From an uncultured Acidobacteriota bacterium (GTDB lineage: Bacteria > Acidobacteriota > Thermoanaerobaculia > Multivoradales > JAHEKO01): a stretch of DNA of 64,000 bases. How positions within the stretch are numbered: the first letter of the stretch is position 1; every line of letters starts with the position of its first letter. The translations under genes were made by a program, and so were the position numbers. Positions 37,085 through 47,038 of this stretch are shown piece by piece. The notes under the pieces were generated by a model. It ran no database searches. It was not told the DNA's origin and worked only from the letters and a program-made list of their open reading frames with translations. Location of the stretch: contig CAVQNG010000003.1 in NCBI GenBank assembly GCA_963713825.1, positions 192,001-256,000 of the forward strand. The letters are read 5' to 3'.

Positions 37085-38872
37085 ATGAATCCTGAGATCG
37101 GCTATCTGCTGGCGCTTATCGTCGTGGCGCTCGTGTTGTTCGCCACGGAGGTCCTGTCGATCGACATCGTCGGGTTGGTTCTTCTCCTCGCATTGACGGT
37201 GCCCGGAATTCTCAGCCCCGAGCAGGCCCTCTCCGGCTTCGGGAGCGAGACGATCTTCGTTCTCATCGGTCTCTTCGTCTTGACGGCCGGCATCGCGAAG
37301 ACCGGAGTCGTGGAGCGGGTCGGGCTGCGCCTGGCATCGTTCGGTAGCGATCGGCCACAGCTACTGACACGACTCCTGGTCACGTCCGCTACCGCCATGA
37401 GCGCTTTCATCTCGAACACCGTCACCACCGCGATGCTGCTGCCCCTCACCGTCGGCAGCGCCAAGAGAGCCGGCATCTCGGTGTCCAAGGTGCTCATGCC
37501 TCTGGCTTATGCCTCGATTCTGGCCGGCAGTATCACGGTCATCGCGACTTCCACCAACCTGGTCATCTCAGGGGAGCTGCCGTCTTACGGTCTCGAGAGA
37601 ATCGGCTTTTTCGAGCTCGCTCCGGTAGGCATCGGTCTCACCCTGGTCGGCCTCGTGTATCTGCTGTTCCTCGCGCCACCTCTCATTCCCGACCGATTCA
37701 AGGAGAACCGTCTCGCCACCTACGGGCTGCGGCGCTACATCTCGGAGATCGTCGTACCCGCCGGTTCCAAGCTCGCCGGTCAGTCCCTCACGGAGAGCAA
37801 GCTCGGAGAAACCCTCGCCGTCAGGGTCCTGGGCGTCAAGCGCGGCGAGAACCGGGATTTGAGCCCGCGCGGCAACGTAGTTCTCGAAGAAGGCGACGTG
37901 CTGCTGATCGAGGGCGACGCTGAAGACATCCTTGCCGTCAAAGACGTCATGGGAATCGACATCCACACCGGTTTCAAGGCAGCGGACCCCGACCTGGAAT
38001 CGGACGAGGTGCGCATGGTGGAAGCCATGGTGATGCCCGACTCGCAATGGGTCCGAAAGTCCCCCAGGGGCGCCGGCTTTCGCAACAACACGGGAATGAC
38101 CGTGCTGGCGGTTCACTCTCCCGGCAGTGACAAGGACTTTCGACGGCATCTGGCTGGGACCCGCCTCAAGGCCGGGGATGTGCTCCTGCTGCAAGGCTCG
38201 GAGGAGAACATCGAGAGGCTGGATCCACAGCATCTGTTGAATCTGGAAGATGTCTCAGGGCATCACCCTCGCTCCCAAAAAGGCCGGCTCGCCTCGGTGA
38301 TCTTCGTGGCTTCGCTGATCGTCGGGGGCACGGGACTGCTGCCGATGTCTGTCGCCTTCCTGGCTGGTGGCCTGGCCCTGGTTTTGACCGGCGCTCTGTT
38401 GCCCGAAGAGAGCTACCAGGCGATCGACTGGCGACTACTGGTGCTCATCGGCAGCATGATGGCCTTCGGAGTGGCAATGAAGGAGACCGGCACCTCTACC
38501 TACCTGGCCGATCTCGTCGTGAGCCATGTCAGCCCCCATGGTGAGCTGGCTGTCCTGGCCGCCTTCTTCGCGCTCACCGCCTTCCTCACCCAGCCGATGT
38601 CCAATCAGGCAGCGGCGCTCATCGTCTTACCCGTAGCGATCGAGTCGGCAATCACGCTCGGCTTCGATCCCCGACCGCTGGTGATGTCGGTCACCTTCGC
38701 CGCCTCCTGCTCCTTCCTCACACCCCTGGAGCCGGCCTGCATCCTGGTCTACGGGCCGGGCCGCTACCGCTTCTTCGATTTCTTCAAGGTCGGCCTGCCG
38801 CTGACCATCGTGGTCTTTGTCTTCTGCATGCTGCTGATTCCGATCTTCTGGCCCTTCCACCCTGCTGGCTAG
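37085..38872 (+). CDS. SLC13-family permease with two TrkA-C (RCK) domains
   Basis: 'SAFISNT', 'ATSTNL', two internal TrkA-C repeats, 'MSNQA', 'GPGRYRF.DF.KVG.PL'. Confidence 0.9.
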   Translation: MNPEIGYLLALIVVALVLFATEVLSIDIVGLVLLLALTVPGILSPEQALSGFGSETIFVLIGLFVLTAGIAKTGVVERVGLRLASFGSDRPQLLTRLLVTSATAMSAFISNTVTTAMLLPLTVGSAKRAGISVSKVLMPLAYASILAGSITVIATSTNLVISGELPSYGLERIGFFELAPVGIGLTLVGLVYLLFLAPPLIPDRFKENRLATYGLRRYISEIVVPAGSKLAGQSLTESKLGETLAVRVLGVKRGENRDLSPRGNVVLEEGDVLLIEGDAEDILAVKDVMGIDIHTGFKAADPDLESDEVRMVEAMVMPDSQWVRKSPRGAGFRNNTGMTVLAVHSPGSDKDFRRHLAGTRLKAGDVLLLQGSEENIERLDPQHLLNLEDVSGHHPRSQKGRLASVIFVASLIVGGTGLLPMSVAFLAGGLALVLTGALLPEESYQAIDWRLLVLIGSMMAFGVAMKETGTSTYLADLVVSHVSPHGELAVLAAFFALTAFLTQPMSNQAAALIVLPVAIESAITLGFDPRPLVMSVTFAASCSFLTPLEPACILVYGPGRYRFFDFFKVGLPLTIVVFVFCMLLIPIFWPFHPAG

Positions 38873-38944
38873 CCTCGAACCGCACTACCCAAATGGGTGT
38901 TGCGCCGAGCTCCGATCCCCTTCAGGCTGGGGAAGAGGTAGATC

Positions 38945-40225
38945 GTGGCGCATCACACCGTCCGCTCAGGCTACGAGCAGCTGGTCGACCGGCTGAACCG
39001 CTTCCCTCAAGGAGCGCCCGCTTCAGATCTCCTGCACGGCATCCTCGAAATGCTGTTCAGCGAACGGGAAGCCGGGTTGGTCGCGCTGCTCCCCATCAAG
39101 CCGTTCACAGCAACACAGGCTGCAGCGGTCTGGAAGCTGAACGAGTCTGAAGCTCGCAGGACCCTCGAACAACTGGCAGGGCGTGCGATTCTGCTCGACA
39201 TCGAGAGCCCCGATGGTGAGCTGCTGTACGTGTTGCCCCCGCCCATGGCCGGATTCTTCGAGTTCTCGCTGATGCGAGTCCGCGGCGATGTCGACCAGGA
39301 AGTTCTCTCCGAGCTTTTCTGGGAGTACATCACGGTCGAAGAGGACTTCATCAAGCGGCTCTTTACCGAGGGTGAGACTCAGCTCGGTAGAACCTTTGTA
39401 CAAGAAGCCGCATTGCCAACCGACAACACCCTGCAGGTCCTCGACTTCGAGCGCGCCAGCGAGGTCATCTCGTCGGCTTCCCACAGAGGTGTGGGCATGT
39501 GTTACTGCCGGCACAAGGCGCAGCATGTGAATCGCGCCTGTAACGCGCCGATGGACATTTGCATGACCTTCAACAACACCGCCGCCTCCCTGATCCGCCA
39601 TGGCTTCGCCCGGGAGATCGACACGGCAGAGGGTCTGGACCTACTCCAGCAGGCTCAGGACGAGAACCTCGTCCAGTTCGGGGAGAACGTCCAGCAGCGG
39701 GTGAACTTCATCTGCAACTGCTGCGGCTGCTGCTGTGAAGCCATGATCGCGCAACGCCGATTCGCGGTCCTGAATCCAATTCACACGACGAACTACCTGC
39801 CTGCGGTCGATCAAGATCTATGCAACGGCTGTACAAAATGCGTCCAGGTCTGCCCGGTGGAAGCGATGTCCATGGTCTCGGCCAACGATCCCCAGCATCC
39901 CAAGCTGCGCCAGGCCAAGCTGGACGAACAGGTGTGCCTCGGGTGCGGCGTCTGCGTCCACAACTGCAGCCGGGACGCGATCCACCTGAAGCCTCGAGAT
40001 CAGCGAGTAATCACACCGGTCAACTCGGCGCATCGGACGGTCTTGATGGCTCTTGAGCGGGGCAAGCTCCAGGACCTGATCTTCGACAATCAGGCGATGG
40101 CCAGCCACCGAGCCATGGCCGCCATTCTGGGCGTGATTCTCGAGCTCCCCCCCGTCAAGCAGACCCTGGCGAAACGCCAGATGCGCTCCCGCTACCTCGA
40201 CCGTCTGCTCGGCATAGCGCATTGA
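38945..40225 (+). CDS. 4Fe-4S dicluster domain-containing protein
   Basis: Two CxxCxxCxxxC motifs plus 'CYCRH' and 'ICNCCGCCC'. Confidence 0.88.
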   Translation: MAHHTVRSGYEQLVDRLNRFPQGAPASDLLHGILEMLFSEREAGLVALLPIKPFTATQAAAVWKLNESEARRTLEQLAGRAILLDIESPDGELLYVLPPPMAGFFEFSLMRVRGDVDQEVLSELFWEYITVEEDFIKRLFTEGETQLGRTFVQEAALPTDNTLQVLDFERASEVISSASHRGVGMCYCRHKAQHVNRACNAPMDICMTFNNTAASLIRHGFAREIDTAEGLDLLQQAQDENLVQFGENVQQRVNFICNCCGCCCEAMIAQRRFAVLNPIHTTNYLPAVDQDLCNGCTKCVQVCPVEAMSMVSANDPQHPKLRQAKLDEQVCLGCGVCVHNCSRDAIHLKPRDQRVITPVNSAHRTVLMALERGKLQDLIFDNQAMASHRAMAAILGVILELPPVKQTLAKRQMRSRYLDRLLGIAH

Positions 40226-40400
40226 GGGGTTGAGGCGCCCGGCTCACCGCCGGGCGTTCTTTGAGGGCTTGGGGGTTGAGGAGTCCGTCGTCCCTCCGGT
40301 CTACCTTTGAGGCAGTGGGGCCCCCTCCCATTCCCTTTGGCCCTCGCACTCCTAGGCCCCCAAGCCCCTAAGCCCCTAAGCCCCTAAGCCCCTAAGCCCC
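40226..40400 (+). repeat. Mosaic repeat locus E (X>X>Y>(CCCCTAAG)n)
   Basis: Four perfect CCCCTAAG units at 40365-40396 plus degenerate units. Confidence 0.88.
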
Positions 40401-40415
40401 GGGAAGGGCATGATG

Positions 40416-42239
40416 TCAGTCTCGTGATTCCCAAAGCACCCAATACCGGTTCGGTTCGAGATCGAGCCAGGTCTGGGTTCGTCCCGAGGGCCAGTCGATC
40501 GTGACGCTGTCGATCGCCTCCACCTCTCCAACCCCCAGATGGATCCGCGGATCGTTCCCCGACAGGTAGCCAGCCGCTGGCTGGTGAACCCTGACTCTCG
40601 GGTGCCCCTGGTCTGACACTTCGACGAAGGCGCCGTGCGAGGTGCCGGGCTGTCCGCCAACGAGCCGCAGCCCGAGCCAGTTGCCACCCCTCTGGCTATC
40701 GTTGCGAAGCAGCGAAGCGGTGGCCTGGTGATCGACATGATTGACCACGATGTCCAGGTCCCCATCGTTGTCGTAGTCCCCGAATGCCGCCCCTCTTCCC
40801 GACCGCCGGCCCGAGAAATAGGGGCCGGCGCCTGTGCGAGCATCGCTGAACTGTCCCGTGCCGTCATTGACCGCCAGCACGGGATACTGCCCCACCAGAA
40901 TATGTGCCACTCCGTTGGTGGTGAACAGGTCCAGGTCGCCATCCAGATCCAAATCGACCAGGCCGGCTCCCCACTGACCGAGACCGTCGAGCAGGCCCCC
41001 GACTCCGCTGGCCCAGGTCACATCTTCGAAGAGGGTCGGCTCCACCTTTCTGTAGAGGCTACCGTGACGTAGATCGACGACCAACAGATCGATGTTGCCA
41101 TCTCCGTCGATGTCTCCAGGTGTGCCGTGCATGGAGCCGGTGCCGAGGCCGGCGTCGTTGACGGACACGCCGGCGGCCAGTCCCATCTCCTCGAAGGTGC
41201 CGTCGCCTCTGGCCCTGAACAAGAAGTTCTCCTGGTGGTCGTTGCCCTGGAAGACGTCCAGGAGTCCGTCTCGATCGAAATCGAGCACGGTAATGCCCAT
41301 GCACTTCGAGTCCGGGTATTTCAGGAGCGCGCGCGCGGTCACATCTTCGAAGCTGCCATCGACTCGCTGTTCGTAGAGCTTGCTCTCCTGCCCTTCGTAC
41401 TCCTTCGGTTCGGGCATCTCCCATTCCTTGCCCGGGTGCAGGTAATGCGGATCGAAGGCCAGGAAGTTGCAGACTGCCAAGTCGAGATCACCGTCGCGGT
41501 CGTAGTCGAACCAGGAACCTCCGACGCTCCACTTGACGAACTTGTTGAGTTCCTTCGGTCCAACGAGTCCCACCTCGGAAGCGACGTCGCTGAAGGTACC
41601 GTCCCCGTTGTTGTGAAAGAGGAGATTCGGTCCATAGGTCGCTAGAAAGATGTCCGGGTAGCCATCGTCATCGTAGTCGCCGGCCACGGCTCCCATGCTC
41701 CAACCCTTGTGGCCGAGGCCAGCCCGTTCCGTACAATCGATGAAAGTCCCGTCTCCGTTGTTGCAGTAGAAGCGGTCGCTCGCCTCGCCGAAGGACCGCT
41801 CGCCTTTCGGATCGCTCACACCCTCGAGGTAGACACCATTGAGCAGATAGAGGTCCAGGTCGCCATCCCGGTCGTGATCGATCCAGGTGGCGCCGGAGCC
41901 GCTCGATTCCAGAATGTTGTCGTAGGCGTAGTCGCCAAAGGTGTACCGAAACCTGACCCCGGACTCGGCTGCAACATCCTGAAACCTCAGGCCCGATCCC
42001 TCACCAGATGTGTCTAGCGGAGGGGCTCCCTCGAAAGAGGGCCCATCAGAGGCCAACGCCTGTGCCGCTACGGGGTCCAGATGGAGGTCGGCAGGAATTG
42101 TTGCTGCACCCTGCTGGACGGAGTCGTCGTCTCCCCCACCGACCTCAGCCTGCAATGGACTTCCGAGCACCAAGCCCGTCATCAGGAGCAGAAGGTAGGA
42201 GCCGGTCGACAAGACATCGACCCTTTTGAAGACTCGCAT
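40416..42239 (-). CDS. CRTAC1-family protein (FG-GAP/VCBS repeats + ASPIC/UnbV)
   Basis: Repeated 'D.D.DGD.DL' and 'NNGDGTF.D'; C-terminal 'GYLS.ND.RIHLG.G...I.WPSG'. Confidence 0.9.
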   Translation of the reverse strand: MRVFKRVDVLSTGSYLLLLMTGLVLGSPLQAEVGGGDDDSVQQGAATIPADLHLDPVAAQALASDGPSFEGAPPLDTSGEGSGLRFQDVAAESGVRFRYTFGDYAYDNILESSGSGATWIDHDRDGDLDLYLLNGVYLEGVSDPKGERSFGEASDRFYCNNGDGTFIDCTERAGLGHKGWSMGAVAGDYDDDGYPDIFLATYGPNLLFHNNGDGTFSDVASEVGLVGPKELNKFVKWSVGGSWFDYDRDGDLDLAVCNFLAFDPHYLHPGKEWEMPEPKEYEGQESKLYEQRVDGSFEDVTARALLKYPDSKCMGITVLDFDRDGLLDVFQGNDHQENFLFRARGDGTFEEMGLAAGVSVNDAGLGTGSMHGTPGDIDGDGNIDLLVVDLRHGSLYRKVEPTLFEDVTWASGVGGLLDGLGQWGAGLVDLDLDGDLDLFTTNGVAHILVGQYPVLAVNDGTGQFSDARTGAGPYFSGRRSGRGAAFGDYDNDGDLDIVVNHVDHQATASLLRNDSQRGGNWLGLRLVGGQPGTSHGAFVEVSDQGHPRVRVHQPAAGYLSGNDPRIHLGVGEVEAIDSVTIDWPSGRTQTWLDLEPNRYWVLWESRD

Positions 42240-42244
42240 TCGCT

Positions 42245-42631
42245 TCAGAACATGCCGTTGTCGTGGGCGGCAGTCTCGGGAACCACCTGGAGGACGTCCC
42301 AGTGTTCAACGACTTTGCCGTCGGAATCGAACCGGAAGATGTCGATCCCCGCGTACTCCTGATCACCGGGCCACTCCTGTCGGCAGTGGAGTACGACGTA
42401 GTCTCCTTCCGCGATGGCCCGAACGAAATGAACCCGTTTACCTGGATACTCGGCCGCCATCCTCTCGAAGTACTCGATGAACGCTTTCTTTCCGTCCGCC
42501 ACCATGGAATTGTGCTGGATATAGGTCTCGCCAACGTATTGCTCGACAGCCTCGACCGGTTTGCACTGATTGAACATGAGGTCGTAGAAGGCCATCGCCG
42601 TCTGTTTATTCGCTTCCAGTTGCTCGGACAT
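42245..42631 (-). CDS. SnoaL/NTF2-like protein
   Basis: 'YIQHN', 'AEGDYVVLH', 'DIFRF...GK.VEHWDV'. Confidence 0.88.
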   Translation of the reverse strand: MSEQLEANKQTAMAFYDLMFNQCKPVEAVEQYVGETYIQHNSMVADGKKAFIEYFERMAAEYPGKRVHFVRAIAEGDYVVLHCRQEWPGDQEYAGIDIFRFDSDGKVVEHWDVLQVVPETAAHDNGMF

Positions 42632-42642
42632 TTCGCTCTCCT

Positions 42643-43744
42643 TCAATCCGCTAGCTCGGACTCGGCCAGAAGCTCTTCGAGATAGGGGCCCCAGATCGCC
42701 GGAATCGAATGGGTACCGTGTCCCCGCGTTTCATCCGTGATCGGCAGCAGCACAGCTCGCCCACGTGGCACTCTGATGATCTCCCGCTCGAGAATCCCGA
42801 GCTCTGGTGGGTTGACCTGGTCATCGGCCGAGTTGATGGCCACGAGTGGAGCGACGATCTCCTCCAGATGTGGTGATGGGTCGTAGTCCCGTGACGAATC
42901 GAACTGGTAGATCAGATCGTTGGCATCCAGGCCAGCCGCATAGCGCTGGATCCTCGCTTCCAGAAAGGCCTCGGCCTCCTCTCGGGTTGGAGCCTCCTTC
43001 TGCCACTGCAACGGGCTGCTGACCATGAAGATCAGGGGGTGAATGGCCGAGATCAGGCCACGCGGCTGCTCGGTGTATTCCCCGCCGTTCCACTCGGGAT
43101 CGTCGCGGATGGAGTCGATGATCATCTTGCGCTGCATTCGGTTGCGGCCGGCGATCTCCACCGGCAGGCTGGCCAGAGGCATCAGCGCGTCCATGAAATC
43201 GGGATACGTATAGCCCCAAACCCAGGTGTGCATTCCACCCATCGAGGTGCCCATCACCAGCCGCAGGTGATCGACTCCGAGTTGCTCTGTCAGGAGACGA
43301 TACTGGGCGCGCACCATATCGTCGTAGTTGTACTTGGGGAACTTCATGTGCAAACCATCGCTCGGGCGGCTCGATTTGCCGTGTCCAATGGCGTCGGTCA
43401 GGATGATGTAGTAGCGCTCGGCGTCGAGCAGCTGCCCGGGGCCGAACAGTCCGCCTGCGAAGCGCTCCGAGAGAAATCCCGCTCCGTACCCGGTCGTCCC
43501 ATGCATGATCAGCACAGCGTTCTCCACCGAGCCAGAAGCATCTCGCCTCGGCTGCCCGATCGTCGTGTAGTGCAGATTGAGCTCGGGAAGGATCTCCCCG
43601 CTGGCGAACTCGAAGTTCTGGATCTGGAAATCACCTTCCTGGGGGTCCGGATAGTCGGCTCCCATCAACATTGCGGGGAGCCGCAGCGAGCATCAGAAAC
43701 AGCACGACCGCCGGACTGTAACGCTTGGGCTTCGAACCAGACAT
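42643..43744 (-). CDS. Secreted alpha/beta hydrolase (homoserine acetyltransferase-like), apparent frameshift in the signal peptide near 43677
   Basis: 'HGT', 'GTSMGG', 'GHGTH'. GGAGG-ATG at 43744 gives a signal peptide that is out of frame by one G. Confidence 0.8.
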
Positions 43745-43757
43745 CCGTTCTCCTCCT

Positions 43758-44423
43758 CTACTCGAGCGTCGCCCGCTCGAGTCTCGTCAGCTTTGGATAG
43801 GCCTCGTCCAGGTGGGCGTTGCCTTCACTAAAGATCTTTCCCTGCTTGCCACCCCGCATGCCGCCGCCGGCGCCTTCATCGTACCCGGCGTAGAGCCGGT
43901 CGACGACTTCCATGCCCTCGATCACCTGGCCGAAGGGCGCGAAGCCCTGAGCGTCGAGATGTGGGTTGTCCACGAGGTTGATGTACGGCTGGGTGGTGCG
44001 GGTGTCTGGACCCGTCATCGCAAAGGCGATGCTGCCCCGCTCGTTGGTCTCTCGAACCGGATCGTCCGCCAGGGCTCGATCCCTCCACACGGCACTGACC
44101 TGCGGATCTCCAGGGATGCCGAACTGTGCGATATAGCCAGCCCGGATCCGGAAGAAGCGGCTGTCGTCGAAGAAACCGGCTCGCACCAGGTTGTAGAACC
44201 GGTCTGCGCCGAGCGGTGCCCACGCCCTGCGAGCCTCGACGACGAAGTCCCCCTCACTGGTCTCGAATCGGACGCGAAATCGGTCGGGGGCCGACTGACT
44301 CCAGAACTCGTCGGCCGGCCGTAGGAGGACATTCGAAGAAGTGACCGACAACTCGGCCGCACTGGCCCAAACGCCCAAGAAGAGAACTACGAAATAGATC
44401 TTCAGGACAGGTATCTCACGCAT
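43758..44423 (-). CDS. Cyclophilin-type peptidyl-prolyl isomerase
   Basis: 'WAPLGADRFYNLV', 'FFR...IAQFG', 'FAPFGQVIEGMEVVD'. Confidence 0.9.
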   Translation of the reverse strand: MREIPVLKIYFVVLFLGVWASAAELSVTSSNVLLRPADEFWSQSAPDRFRVRFETSEGDFVVEARRAWAPLGADRFYNLVRAGFFDDSRFFRIRAGYIAQFGIPGDPQVSAVWRDRALADDPVRETNERGSIAFAMTGPDTRTTQPYINLVDNPHLDAQGFAPFGQVIEGMEVVDRLYAGYDEGAGGGMRGGKQGKIFSEGNAHLDEAYPKLTRLERATLE

Positions 44424-44452
44424 TGCGACCAAGAGTAGCAGCCGAGCGAAGG

Positions 44453-44481
44453 TGGCACCCCCCCTCTCCTTCGCATAGACT
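44453..44481 (+). promoter_or_regulatory. Putative sigma70 promoter upstream of the riboswitch
   Basis: TGGCAC-N17-TAGACT, 7 nt before the aptamer. Confidence 0.4.
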
Positions 44482-44488
44482 CTTCTCA

Positions 44489-44604
44489 GGCTCGACAAAG
44501 GCTCACCTGGCGTAAGTCAGGGCCGCAAAGCCACGGACCTCGGCCTGACAGGCTGCAACTCGCATCGACTGCGATCGGCTGTAGGCGGCCGGGCTACCGA
44601 AGCC
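44489..44604 (+). ncRNA. Cyclic di-GMP-I (GEMM) riboswitch, variant with extended P3
   Basis: P1 GGCTCG/CGAAGCC; P2 CCTGGC-GTAA-GTCAGG (GNRA loop); junction CGCAAAGCCACGG; 3' GCCGGGCTACCGAA. Lies about 100 nt upstream of the ATG at 44704. Confidence 0.8.
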
Positions 44605-44703
44605 TTCTCTGGCACAGTCTCCCTGCTTCGCGCAGGGCTCGATCATCCTTCGGTCGGCACCTCTCAGGAGGGCCAACCCTAGGAGGAAAGGACAGACTAC
44701 GCC

Positions 44704-47013
44704 ATGAGACGCAGCGAGGTAACTCTCTTCATCCTCCTCACGTTTTCTACCGGCCTGCTGTCAGCAGATGCCACCACAGGTACCTTCTCTGGCATCATCA
44801 CCGACAGAGACACGGCTCTCGGAATCGAGGGCGTCCTGGTCAACATCTCGTACTCCAACGGCGACTGGGCCGGGAACGTCGTCACAGACGCTGCCGGAGC
44901 CTATACCTCGCCAGCGCTCCCGGCGGGCGACTACGTCGCCAATACGCTCGACCTGTCCGGCTAGGTCAACGAGCTCTACGACGACATCCCCTGTTACTTC
45001 TATTGCGAGCTGACCGCTGGCACGATCATCTCGGTAGCGGTCGGTACCGACAACTCGGGCATCGATTTCGAGCTGGAGCTCGGCGGCAGAATCGCGGGAA
45101 CCGTCAAGGATGCCGACACCTCGATCGGGCTGGGCAACCTCCTCGTCGATGTTCTGGATCCGACCGGCAACTGGCTTCTCAATACCGGGACAGACGGCTC
45201 CGGAGCCTATACGTCAGCGGGTCTTCCGCCAGGTATCTATCGGGCAAAGACATGGAACGAGCTCGGGTACATCAACGAGCTCTACGACGACGTGCCCTGC
45301 CCCAACTGGTGTGACGCGAGCTCTGGGGACGACATCGTGGTGACTGCCGGAGTGACCACCGAAGGAATCGACTTCGAGCTGGCCAAGGGCGGGAGAATCT
45401 CGGGCACCGTCACCGAGGATAGGACCGGGACGCCACTCGAGGGAGTCTTCGTCGACCTTTTCACTCCGACCGGCGAGTTCATCAGCAACCCATCCAGCGA
45501 CAGCATGGGCGACTACCTGAGTCCCGCGCTACCCGCGGGCACTTACTTCGCTCGGAGCTGGAACGACCAGGGCTACGTCAACGAGCTCTACGACGACGTG
45601 CCCTGTTTCGGTTGCGTTGTGACGAGTGGTACTCCGATCGTCTTGACTGCGGGCACTATCACGGAGGACATCGACATAGATCTGGAACAGGGATCGCAGA
45701 TCTCGGGCACGGTAACCCAGGATGGTAGGGGTGCGCCAATCGAGGGGATCCACGTCGAAGTCTGGAGCTCCAGCGGTCAGCTGTTGGCCTGGGCAGGAAC
45801 AGACGCCTCCGGGAACTACGTGATCAACGAAGGCTTCGCCGCTGGCCTCTACTTCGTCAAGACCTGGAACGATCTCGGCTACATCAACGAGCTCTATGAC
45901 GGTGTGCCCTGTGCCTTCTGCGTCGCGACAGACGGTAAGCCTCTCCGAATCAGTGCCACCAAGACCACCTACGACGTCGATTTCTCCCTCTCCCAAGGTG
46001 GCTTGATCTCGGGCACGGTGACGGACGACAGCACCCACACGCCGATCGAGAGCATTGGTGTTCATGTCCATGAACTGGCGGGAAACTGGATCCAGTCCAC
46101 CAGTACTGCCGCCAACGGCACCTACACAATGAAGGTTGGGCTCCCCACCGGAAGTTACTACGCCAGAACCAGCAACGGCCAGGGCTACGTCAACGAGGTC
46201 CACTCCGACGTTCCGTGCATCGGAGCCTGTGAGTTCGTTGCGGCAACTCCGATCGCGGTGACCCTGGGCAGCACGACGAGCGGAATCGACTTCGCCCTCA
46301 TCAAGGGAGCGAAGATCTCCGGGGCCGTGACCGAAGCCGGCTCCGGGCTTCCCATCGATGACAGCGAGGTGGTAATCGTCACCGCTGCGGGAAGAGTCGC
46401 AGCCGGCGCCCGGGTCAGAGCCGACGGAACCTACACGACCTGGGGGGCTGTGCCTTCAGGCAGCTACTACGCCACCACCAGGAACTTCGCTGGCTACATC
46501 GACGAGCTCTACGACGAGGAGCCTTGCTTGGGGGGCGGAGAGTTCTGTGACTTGACCCAGGGCACGCCGCTTCTTGTCGCTGCCGGCACGGACGTTACCG
46601 ATATCGACTTCACACTGAACCTCGGGGGTTGGTTCGAGGGCTCCGTGTTCGACGAGGCATGGGCCCGTGCGCTCGGGGGCACCGACGTGCTCATCTACGA
46701 CAGCAGTGGTGACCCGGTTTCGAAGGTGACGTGGCTCCGTCCTCTTCCCGCGGACGGCAAGTTCAAGACCTGCGGACTGCCACCAGGCACCTACTACGCG
46801 CACACGGACACCTCGGTGCTGGCTCAGGACTACGCCGATGTTCTGTTCGACGACATTGCCTGTGCCGAGACCTGTTATCCCACTCTCGGGACCCCGATCT
46901 CCGTGGTGAACCAGGTCGGGACCACAGGCGTCGATTTCAAGCTGCGGTTCAGGCTCTTCTCGGACGGATTCGAAGGGGGGGATTCCAGCTCCTGGACCGC
47001 TGTCGTCGAGTGA
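44704..47013 (+). CDS. Secreted protein with seven ~97-aa carboxypeptidase-regulatory-like (Cna-B-type) repeats and C-terminal DGFEGGD tag; in-frame TAG at 44962-44964
   Basis: ORFs 44704 and 45292 share a frame and only one stop separates them. Repeat consensus 'G.ISGTVT...GY.NELYDDVPC..C...G.PI.V..G....IDF.L'. Confidence 0.8.
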
Positions 47014-47038
47014 GGATCGAAGGACACCGACAATCCAA

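Noticed and set aside
38945-40225. Selenoprotein or unusual Cys cluster in the ferredoxin-like protein
   Set aside because: No in-frame TGA; the CNCCxCCC motif is typical of this known family.
40226-40312. Repeat-spacer look of X units as a CRISPR array
   Set aside because: Only two degenerate units per locus, the 'spacers' are related hairpins, and there are no cas genes.
40349-40400. Telomere-like repeat or eukaryotic contamination
   Set aside because: Short, internal and part of the bacterial mosaic repeat found at other loci.
44962-44964. Genome-wide TAG reassignment
   Set aside because: TAG is the normal stop of conserved genes here (yajQ, helicase, mmuM).
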